Assembly (NCBI GenBank): GCA_019323525.1
Contig: JAHWHD010000066.1
Span: 1 to 62,483 of the forward strand
Source of the DNA: Candidatus Woesearchaeota archaeon
GTDB taxonomy: Archaea > Nanobdellota > Nanobdellia > Woesearchaeales > JAHWHD01
Length of the DNA: 62,483 nt
Reading direction: 5' to 3'
Every line of letters starts with the position of its first letter. Position 1 is the stretch's first letter. The notes under the pieces were generated by a model. The model was not told the origin of the DNA, did no database searches, and saw only the letters and a list, made by a program, of their open reading frames with translations. Shown in pieces: positions 9,112 to 16,182 of this stretch. Made by a program: the position numbers and the translations under genes.

Positions 9112-9224
9112 TGCTGAAATCTGTGTCTGTACATGCGAGCGAACAACAATGATATTCGTAAGACAGAAGGTGGCTCAATTAAAAGCTGCTGATGTTTAAG
9201 TCTATGAGCGAACAGATTTCAGCA
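9112..9224. ncRNA. candidate structured element E1 (13-bp closing stem, about 87-nt interior), family unknown
   Basis: TGCTGAAATCTGT (9112-9124) is the exact reverse complement of ACAGATTTCAGCA (9212-9224). The interior shares ordered blocks with a second element at 33989-34098. It lies in the convergent gap between acdA and porB, 20 nt after the acdA stop. Confidence 0.35.
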
Positions 9225-9246
9225 AGATTGCAAGCAAGAGGCTTTC

Positions 9247-10176
9247 TTAGTACTCGTCACTCTCCCAAAACTTTCCAGAATTAATCATATCCCATTCCTT
9301 GTTAACAACCTTTTGTATCTCTTTGACATGCTCAGGCTTAAGATGTTTAAAGCGACCCTGCATTGACAAAGCATTCTGAACAGGATCCATCTTAGGTTTA
9401 TGTGTAAGTGAAAACTTCTTATGCAATATTTCATACAAAGGCCAGATTCCTGTCTCAACCATTGCTTTACCTACCTCTATAGTATCGCTTTCCTTGATTA
9501 ACCATCCTGGAATGCAAGGACACAATAGGTCAATGAACGAAGGTCCTTCAACACTAGCTGCTTTCTTCAGCTTATCCATAAAATCTTTAGGAAAAGCAAC
9601 GCAAGCTGTTGCAACATAATCACAATGGCTCATTGCAAGCATCTTTGACATGTTTTTGCGAGGCAGGGCATTACCCCATGGACAACACTTGCCGGGCTCT
9701 GAAGTTTTCGTACGCGCTCCTTTAGGAGTTGCAGCTGTTCTCTGAAAACCAGTATTCGCAAAAGAGCTGTTATTATAGCATACATAGATAATCTTCTCCT
9801 TTCTGTACGCCATGCCTGACAAAGCCTGGAACCCGATATCATAAGTTGCTCCGTCCCCAGCAAAACAAAGTACATTAACATTTTTATCAAGCTTCTGCGA
9901 TTTCAATCCCATCAAGATACCAGAAGCAGTACTTGCACAATTCTCGATTGCAGAATGAACCCATGGAACATTGTAAGGTGTAAAGGGCCATGTAGCTGTC
10001 AATGTCATGCATCCTGCAGGGTTGACCATTATAGTATTCTTGCCAAGAGCTTTCAAAGCCAGCTTTGTACCAAGTATAGGTCCGCAACCAGAACATGCAA
10101 AGGTTCCACCCGTCAAGAACTTTTGTTCAGGCACATCAAAGACTTGACCCTTGATATTAACATTCACATCAGCCAT
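9247..10176 (-). CDS. porB: pyruvate:ferredoxin oxidoreductase, beta subunit (TPP-binding)
   Basis: The N-terminal region contains CSGCG. A GDG...NN TPP motif (FAGDGATYDIGFQALSGMAYRKEKIIYVCYNNSSFANTG) is present. Length is 309 aa. Confidence 0.85.
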   Translation of the reverse strand: MADVNVNIKGQVFDVPEQKFLTGGTFACSGCGPILGTKLALKALGKNTIMVNPAGCMTLTATWPFTPYNVPWVHSAIENCASTASGILMGLKSQKLDKNVNVLCFAGDGATYDIGFQALSGMAYRKEKIIYVCYNNSSFANTGFQRTAATPKGARTKTSEPGKCCPWGNALPRKNMSKMLAMSHCDYVATACVAFPKDFMDKLKKAASVEGPSFIDLLCPCIPGWLIKESDTIEVGKAMVETGIWPLYEILHKKFSLTHKPKMDPVQNALSMQGRFKHLKPEHVKEIQKVVNKEWDMINSGKFWESDEY

Positions 10177-11300
10177 CTTCTCTGCTCTCCTTTTGTCATC
10201 ATAATTTCTTTGAATATCTGTATAAAACCTTCATCTGAAACTAGAGCACCGCCAAGCCCAACTATATAATTAGATACTATTGCTTTTGAATCGTATAAAG
10301 CCATCTTAATCTCAGGATAAAGAATTCCTGACATCCCTGGACATATGCTTTGGTCAATCACAGCTATCTTCTTTATTCCGTCAAGTGCATCCTTTATCTG
10401 TTTCTCAGGAAACGGTCTGTAAACCCTTATCCTTAATAGACCAACTTTCTTACCCTGTTTCCTCATCTTATCAACAGCGCTTCTTGCAATAGTTGTGTTA
10501 GGCCCCATTATGACTAAACATGCTTCTGCATCCTTTAACCTATAAGATTCTAGTATATCGTACCCTCTTCCAGTTAATTTCTTCCACTCCGCCTGAGCCT
10601 TTTGTATAATTGGAAAAGCATCAAGCTGCGCTCTATGCAGCTGCGCCCTGTACTTCATATACTCTGCCATGACAGGAATTCCTAGTGTTCGCGGCTTTTT
10701 CACATCAAGCTTTATCTCAAGATTAAACTTAGGCAAAAACTTATCTACTAACTTCTGGTCAGGCACCTCAACTATCTCTCTGGTATAAGAATGTATAAAT
10801 CCGTCCATGTTAACTATTACAGGAAGATTTAGTATGGGGTTTTCTCCGACTTTATAACCCATGATAACTGAATCAAGCACCTCCTGGTTAGTTTCGCAAA
10901 AGATTATTATCCAGCCAGAATCGCGCATTGCAAGTATATCATTATGGTCGGGCCACAAAGTAATCGGAGCAGAAAGACCTCTGGATACATTGACCATCAC
11001 CATGGGCGTCCTTGTACCAGAAGCAATAGGCAGCATCTCGTGCATCAATAACAGACCTTGCGATGAAGTGGCTGTGAACGTCCTTGCACCTGTCATTGCA
11101 GAACCAATTGCAGCAGACATCACAGAATGCTCGCTTTCTACTTGGTTAAACTGCCCTGAAAACTCACCATTAACCTTCCATTTCTGTATTGTCTCTATAA
11201 TCTCTGTCTGTGGAGTTATAGGAAAACAAGGAACAGACTGCACTCTAGCTAACCTTGCTGCAATCGCGGCTGCCTTATTACCATCTATTAGATCCTTCAT
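10164..11300 (-). CDS. porA: pyruvate:ferredoxin oxidoreductase, alpha subunit
   Basis: MKDLIDGNKAAAIAARLARVQSVPCFPITPQTEIIE is a typical PorA start. I place the start at ATG 11300, which overlaps the porD stop (ATGA) and follows GGAGAAGGAG. The track start at 11324 is an upstream extension. Confidence 0.85.
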   Translation of the reverse strand: MKDLIDGNKAAAIAARLARVQSVPCFPITPQTEIIETIQKWKVNGEFSGQFNQVESEHSVMSAAIGSAMTGARTFTATSSQGLLLMHEMLPIASGTRTPMVMVNVSRGLSAPITLWPDHNDILAMRDSGWIIIFCETNQEVLDSVIMGYKVGENPILNLPVIVNMDGFIHSYTREIVEVPDQKLVDKFLPKFNLEIKLDVKKPRTLGIPVMAEYMKYRAQLHRAQLDAFPIIQKAQAEWKKLTGRGYDILESYRLKDAEACLVIMGPNTTIARSAVDKMRKQGKKVGLLRIRVYRPFPEKQIKDALDGIKKIAVIDQSICPGMSGILYPEIKMALYDSKAIVSNYIVGLGGALVSDEGFIQIFKEIMMTKGEQRRWLM

Positions 11301-11578
11301 TTCTCCTTCTCCATTGAAATACATTTAACAGGGCACTCTTTAGCACAGATTCCGCACCCCTTACAGGTATTAGAATCTGGATGGGTGAATCCCTTTTTAT
11401 CAATTGTATAAGCGCAGTCAGGACAGTAAAGCCAGCACTGGTGACATTTGATACACCGTTTATAATCTATAACAGGCTTGAAAACTCTCCAGCTGCTTCT
11501 CTCAGGGGCACCCATCCCTACTGTTGCATAAGGTACACCTTTTGTTCCAAGATTTTTTATCTCTTTCTCTGACTTCAT
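11297..11578 (-). CDS. porD: pyruvate:ferredoxin oxidoreductase, delta subunit (2x[4Fe-4S])
   Basis: The 93-aa protein carries two ferredoxin motifs, CIKCHQCWLYCP and CKGCGICAKECP. Confidence 0.85.
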   Translation of the reverse strand: MKSEKEIKNLGTKGVPYATVGMGAPERSSWRVFKPVIDYKRCIKCHQCWLYCPDCAYTIDKKGFTHPDSNTCKGCGICAKECPVKCISMEKEK

Positions 11579-12102
11579 TTTACTTTTTTGTAAGCTTCAT
11601 TAGCTCCTCTAACATTCTTGTCCAAAACAGCTGCAGGATATTTCCCAAGCTCAATCCTGACAGCTTTGTCAATCTGTTTCAATGTGAACAGCTTTGTGAT
11701 TTTTGCAAATGCTCCCAACAGAACAACATTTGCAACAGGTTTTCCTATCAACCTTAATGCAATCTCAGTTGCATCAACCTTATGCATATTCTTATACTCT
11801 TTAAACCCCTTGGCAGTGTTAATCAAGACCTTTGTAGTAGGTTTTGACCCAGTTAGATCACATCTAAGATCAACTGTATCGTCAAGAATTATTATATAAT
11901 CAGGATGAAATATATGACCCCTTGTGCGAATTGGGATCTTTGATAGCCTTACAAAGCTAGTCAATGGCGCACCTTTGCGTTCTGCGCCATACAATGCAAA
12001 GTCCTGCACATAATAACCTGCAAGAAACCCTGCTCTACCCAATATTTGTGCAGCCTTCTTAACTCCCTGGCCACCTCTTCCATGTAAACGTATTTCTATC
12101 AT
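11575..12102 (-). CDS. porG: pyruvate:ferredoxin oxidoreductase, gamma subunit
   Basis: MIEIRLHGRGGQGVKKAAQILGRAGFLAG is a canonical gamma-subunit start. The gene order G-D-A-B has 4-13-nt overlaps. Confidence 0.85.
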   Translation of the reverse strand: MIEIRLHGRGGQGVKKAAQILGRAGFLAGYYVQDFALYGAERKGAPLTSFVRLSKIPIRTRGHIFHPDYIIILDDTVDLRCDLTGSKPTTKVLINTAKGFKEYKNMHKVDATEIALRLIGKPVANVVLLGAFAKITKLFTLKQIDKAVRIELGKYPAAVLDKNVRGANEAYKKVK

Positions 12103-12177
12103 TCTCTTTTTTATAGAAATTTAGAACACAATAGTATATAAATATTATGAAAAATTAGAAAAAAATAAAAAAATAAT

Positions 12178-13434
12178 TTATTTGTTTTTCTTGCTGTTGC
12201 CCTTTGAGGTAGATTCTAGTTCCTCTTCATCTTCGACTTCATCGTCTTCTACTTCAAGGTCATCTAGCTGGTCTTCACTATCTTCGTCTTCAAGCTCAGC
12301 CCCGTCTTCTTCCTCTTCCTCAAGCTCGTCTTCGTCTTCAACATCTCCTGCTTTAGCCTTTTCCTTAGTTTTCGCTTTCTCTTTAGTCTCTGCTTTCTCT
12401 TTCTTAACGACGCCAGTACCTTTCTTGACGATTCTTACTTCAGAAAGTTCTCTACCTTCTTTAAGAGCACCTTCAAGAGCCTCAATCTCTTCATCTGTAG
12501 CTCCTTTCTCAGCCTTTATCTTGATCTTGGTCTTGTTCTTCTTAGCCTCAACCTTAACCTTGAACTGGCTGTTAACACCTTCTAAATTCTGAAGCATGTT
12601 CTGAAGCTGTGTTTGTTGCTCTTGGTCAAGTCCTTTAACTTTAAGCCTTAGCTGGTTAAGTTCTTGGAGTGTCTCCTGGTTCTCTTGAAGACCTGCTTCG
12701 ATTTCTAGTTGATCTTCTAGATCTGCTTCAGCATCTCCGTCACCAATAGCTTCAACATTCTCAGCTACTTCCTCCATTGCCTCTTCATACGCATCCTGAG
12801 CCTCTCCTGCTTTAGCTAACTTCTTAGCAGCGATCATAGCCTTAACTTCAGCTAGCCTCTCATGCGCATGTGCAAGACCTTTCTTAGCTTTAGCTGACTT
12901 CCCGAATGTTAAAGACAAGCTAATCCTTTCCATAGCCCTCTCAATACCGTACAATGGGCTGTCTGGAGTAATTCCAGCTTCTTCTTCCTCTTCTTCTGTT
13001 AGCTCTACAACCTCTTCTTCAACTACATCTTCTTCAGCAGCTTCGTCTTCAGCTACTTCTTCTTCAGCAGCTTCGTCTTCAGCCACGTCTTCTTCAGCAG
13101 CCCCGTCTTCAGCTACGTCTTCTTCAGCAGCCTCATCTTCAGCTACGTCTTCTTCAGCAGCCTCGTCTTCAGCTACGTCTTCTTCTGCAGCCTCATCTTC
13201 AGCTACGTCTTCTTCTGCAGCCGCGTCTTCAGCTACATCTTCTGCTGCGTCATCTTCAGCAGCAGCAGCATCAACTGTATCTTCAGCTGTCCCATCTGCT
13301 GTATCGTCAGCTACATCTTCTGTCACAGTATCATCTGCTACTGTGTCATCTGTTGCAGCCTCTTCTGCTAATGCAAACGATGCTACACTTAACACCATCA
13401 ACATCAGCACCAAAATTGCAAATATTTTTTTCAT
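12178..13434 (-). CDS. secreted, extremely acidic repeat protein with coiled-coil C-terminal half
   Basis: A signal peptide (MKKIFAILVLMLMVLSVASFALA) is followed by about 140 aa of D/E/A/V repeats. Next comes GITPDSPLYGIERAMERISLSLTFG, which from memory resembles the DUF5667-type motif. The C-terminus has K/E-rich helices and an acidic tail. Confidence 0.7.
   Translation of the reverse strand: MKKIFAILVLMLMVLSVASFALAEEAATDDTVADDTVTEDVADDTADGTAEDTVDAAAAEDDAAEDVAEDAAAEEDVAEDEAAEEDVAEDEAAEEDVAEDEAAEEDVAEDGAAEEDVAEDEAAEEEVAEDEAAEEDVVEEEVVELTEEEEEEAGITPDSPLYGIERAMERISLSLTFGKSAKAKKGLAHAHERLAEVKAMIAAKKLAKAGEAQDAYEEAMEEVAENVEAIGDGDAEADLEDQLEIEAGLQENQETLQELNQLRLKVKGLDQEQQTQLQNMLQNLEGVNSQFKVKVEAKKNKTKIKIKAEKGATDEEIEALEGALKEGRELSEVRIVKKGTGVVKKEKAETKEKAKTKEKAKAGDVEDEDELEEEEEDGAELEDEDSEDQLDDLEVEDDEVEDEEELESTSKGNSKKNK
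13021..13245. repeat. 30-bp in-frame tandem repeat (about 7 copies) encoding (A)AEEDVAEDE(A)
   Basis: The unit agctacgtcttcttcagcagcctcgtcttc is repeated head-to-tail with a few point differences. It lies inside the acidic protein CDS. Confidence 0.85.
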
Positions 13435-13522
13435 TTTGGTTTACCTCCGTATAGTTTATTATGATTGCAGCATTACTGCCACAATTATCTAGTAGGTGAA
13501 ACAAATACTTAGTTATTGTCAA

Positions 13523-13588
13523 TGGAACAATAGGCCATTTGCAGATATTAAGACAATACTGCAGGCCTAATTGTTCCATATTGTTCCA
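13523..13588. promoter_or_regulatory. cluster of three GGAACAAT-type motifs (one forward, two reverse in tandem), candidate operator
   Basis: TGGAACAATAGGCC (13523-13536) faces GGCCTAATTGTTCCA (13564-13578), a near-perfect inverted repeat. ATTGTTCC then recurs 10 nt later (13580-13587). The cluster lies upstream of the acidic-protein gene. Confidence 0.3.
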
Positions 13589-13680
13589 ACACCAATCTTT
13601 TCCCAAAATAGACCTGAAAAGAGCTTATTTGGACAAAGAGGCAGGGATTTTATGGCAAAAAGAGGGGTGGGAGTGCATTT

Positions 13681-13881
13681 TCATCCCGCCTCCTTTCCAA
13701 GCTCATTCCAGCAAATCTCATCTATTGAACCTTGGTTTGGTTTAAGATGATCATCTATCCTTCTAATCATGACATACTGCTCCATGAGTCTTTTTTCCTC
13801 AGCTTCATAAACTGCCTCGTAATCGCCATACAGTAAACGAGCAAGAGGTTCAATCAGATATTGTTTGATTACTTTGTACAT
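13681..13881 (-). CDS. small hypothetical protein (66 aa)
   Basis: An ATG at 13881 is preceded by GGAGGTAAGAAA. The product is MYKVIKQYLIEPLARLLYGDYEAVYEAEEKRLMEQYVMIRRIDDHLKPNQGSIDEICWNELGKEAG. The track start at 13977 adds an unsupported extension. Confidence 0.4.
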   Translation of the reverse strand: MYKVIKQYLIEPLARLLYGDYEAVYEAEEKRLMEQYVMIRRIDDHLKPNQGSIDEICWNELGKEAG

Positions 13882-13992
13882 TTTCTTACCTCCGGTTGTT
13901 AGACCATATCCTAGTAAGACTAGAAAATAGTTAGTTCTTGTTACTGAAACCATCAAAGCTTTTGATAAATAATCCACAGAAACTGCATTACA

Positions 13993-14010
13993 ATAGTTCC
14001 ATATTGTTCT
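13993..14010. promoter_or_regulatory. second copy of the GTTCCATATTGTTC 14-mer (two tandem motif units)
   Basis: GTTCCATATTGTTC at 13996-14009 is identical to 13573-13586. It sits 3 nt beyond the stop of the wHTH gene and upstream of the small ORF. Confidence 0.3.
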
Positions 14011-14011
14011 G

Positions 14012-14869
14012 TTAATCCTTTCTCAAGAAAACAAGGTTTTTTTTGCCTCTTTTCTCCTTATAGATAACCTTCCTGTCCTCTAATTCCTTCAAAACCCGAG
14101 ATAAGCTCGCTTTTGAAAATCCAGTAGCAACCCTTAATGTCCCCTGTTCACAAGCACCTTCTTTAAGTTTTAAGACGTTAACTACCTGTTCTTCAGGCTG
14201 TTTAAGATGCCCCTCAAATGTTTTTGAATCAAAAGTTTTTGAAGCATCAACAATTATTTCATCAACTTTTTTATTAGCAAAGATAACAAACTTTGCAGCA
14301 AAAAAGACAAGAACCCCTGCTAAAACCACAACAACCCATAGAAAACTATACTTTTGATGCCTGAACCTCACAAAGAAATTAACATCATCAGATTCCTTAA
14401 TATCCTCAGAACTCCATTCAATCACTATACTCTTACCATCTGTAGTGATTAAATCAGCATCAGGAAATATTGATGTCGATCTTCCGTTCTCAATGCCTGT
14501 CTTAAGAACTGCGCCCTCGGGAAGTACAAGATTAATATTATAGATTCCATCAAAATCAGGTTTAAGGTCAAATACAAAATTGCTTTCATCAAGATACTTT
14601 TTAGTTACATAGCTAACTTTCACTTCCTGATTATCTTCTAATACTAAAACATCGGAATATTCAACAAGTTCGCCGTCTACGTATAAAGAGACACCTTTAG
14701 CATCATTAGGAACAGAAAAAGTATAATTACCAGTAACTGATCTTTGAAAATCTACAGTTTTTTCAGCAACAACATTGCTTCCCACAATACTGAAATCATA
14801 ATCAACAGAAACGGCTGTAACAGGAACAACGAATACAAACAGCATAAAAATTAGCAACAGTTTCTTCAT
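14012..14869 (-). CDS. membrane-tethered winged-helix transcriptional regulator (extracytoplasmic domain-TM-wHTH)
   Basis: A signal/anchor (MKKLLLIFMLFVFVVPVTA) precedes an outside domain of about 170 aa. A TM segment follows (FLWVVVVLAGVLVFFAAKFVIFA). The C-terminus is a MarR/TrmB-like wHTH (QGTLRVATGFSKASLSRVLKELEDRKVIYKEKRGKKNLVFL). Confidence 0.6.
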   Translation of the reverse strand: MKKLLLIFMLFVFVVPVTAVSVDYDFSIVGSNVVAEKTVDFQRSVTGNYTFSVPNDAKGVSLYVDGELVEYSDVLVLEDNQEVKVSYVTKKYLDESNFVFDLKPDFDGIYNINLVLPEGAVLKTGIENGRSTSIFPDADLITTDGKSIVIEWSSEDIKESDDVNFFVRFRHQKYSFLWVVVVLAGVLVFFAAKFVIFANKKVDEIIVDASKTFDSKTFEGHLKQPEEQVVNVLKLKEGACEQGTLRVATGFSKASLSRVLKELEDRKVIYKEKRGKKNLVFLRKD

Positions 14870-14905
14870 TTTTAAGTATATAAGATAAGGAAATTTATAA
14901 AGCTT

Positions 14906-16060
14906 TTATCTCTTTTTTAAGAAATCAGCGATTCTGTCCATTGCTATTTCAATTAATTTATAGTCAGTTGCATAGGAACACCTGACATAACCTTCACCAT
15001 TATTCCCAAAATCAGTTCCAGGAACAACGGCCACCTTTGCTTTTTTGAGTAACTGGTCTGCAAAAAACCTAGAATTGTTAGAATATTCTTTGATGTTCGT
15101 AAAAGCATAGAAGGCTCCTTTAGGCATTGCTACACGCAGATTCAATTCGTTCAACCTTTTGATAATCATCTTCCTTCTTCTGTTATACTCCTTTACCATT
15201 GCATCAGTATACTTTGAAGATAAGGATAAAGCTTTCAAACCAACAAGCTGGGATACAGTTGGGGCGCATATCGTAGTATAAATATGTGACTTTGTCATTG
15301 CCTGTACAACATCTTCTGGCCCAACACAATAGCCTAGCCTAAACCCGCACATTGCATATGTTTTTGAAAAACTATGGAATGTAAGCACATAAGGCTCCAT
15401 CCCATTCAATGAACCTATTGAAATATGTTTAGCATTATCGTAGAGAATCTTTTCATAAGCCTCATCTGAGAATATGTAGAAATTGTACTCAATTGCCAAA
15501 TCAGCAATCTCTTCAAGCAACTTTTTAGAGAATACAGTCCCTGTTGGATTAGCTGGAGAATTTATAAGAAGCGCGTTCGTCTTCTTCCTATCAACCTGCT
15601 TCTTTATATCATCAGGATCAAAAGCAAAACCATTCTCTTCATAAACATCCACAAACCTAGGCACAGCATTAAACAGTTCAAATGTCGGCAAGAAGCCCAT
15701 AAAGCTAGGATTAGGCAGTATTATCTGCTCTGAAACATCAAGAGTGCAAGCAGTTGCTAACGCTAAACCTTCCTGGCTTCCGCAAGTAACAATAATATTC
15801 TCAGGGTTTGCCTTTATCCGGTTATCATTTTTCAGTTTCCTGATAATCGCTTCCTTAAAATCAGACCTTCCACCAGGCGGAGAATAGTGGTTGATCTTAT
15901 CAGCCACCCTCTTCACCTCAGCAACAAGCGGTTTTGGCAAAGGAAAATCTGGCTCACCAGGACCTAAACTGATAACACTCTTATCTTCAGCAGCAATCTT
16001 TAGAAGTTTACCAATAACAGCATCTGGCAGTTCCTGTTCCCTTTCAGAAATCTCTCTCAT
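14906..16060 (-). CDS. class I/II PLP-dependent aminotransferase (aspartate/aromatic aminotransferase-like)
   Basis: The 384-aa protein has the SFSKTYAMCGFRLGY PLP-lysine motif, NPANPTG and a conserved C-terminal R (YVRCSYA). Confidence 0.85.
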   Translation of the reverse strand: MREISEREQELPDAVIGKLLKIAAEDKSVISLGPGEPDFPLPKPLVAEVKRVADKINHYSPPGGRSDFKEAIIRKLKNDNRIKANPENIIVTCGSQEGLALATACTLDVSEQIILPNPSFMGFLPTFELFNAVPRFVDVYEENGFAFDPDDIKKQVDRKKTNALLINSPANPTGTVFSKKLLEEIADLAIEYNFYIFSDEAYEKILYDNAKHISIGSLNGMEPYVLTFHSFSKTYAMCGFRLGYCVGPEDVVQAMTKSHIYTTICAPTVSQLVGLKALSLSSKYTDAMVKEYNRRRKMIIKRLNELNLRVAMPKGAFYAFTNIKEYSNNSRFFADQLLKKAKVAVVPGTDFGNNGEGYVRCSYATDYKLIEIAMDRIADFLKKR

Positions 16061-16182
16061 CCTCTTTTTTCAAGCATAATTATTATTAACACATTTATAA
16101 TATTTTTGTAATTTACAGTAAAACTTATATACTTAAAACCCAAAAACATCATATTAACTATATATAAAAAAAGAGGTACAGC

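Noticed and set aside
9112-9224. E1/E2 as box C/D sRNA, hammerhead ribozyme, RNase P fragment, integron attC site or MITE
   Set aside because: - **C/D-like motifs:** AATGATA / AATGATGG and CTGA are present but not in conserved positions or spacing.
- **Hammerhead:** the CUGAUGA...GAAA core is incomplete.
- **RNase P:** the ACAGAAGGTGGCT resemblance to CR-IV is absent from E2.
- **attC:** there is no cassette array or integrase.
- **MITE:** the terminal repeats differ between the copies.
12182-12592. 136-aa Ser-rich ORF on the plus strand
   Set aside because: It is the antisense reading of the K/E/D-rich low-complexity C-terminal half of the acidic protein gene. It has no start context and is a composition artefact.
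13021-13245. Possible CRISPR-like array (regular 30-bp periodicity)
   Set aside because: The units are contiguous with no spacers, in frame, and encode the acidic decapeptide repeat of a secreted protein. There are no cas genes in the window.
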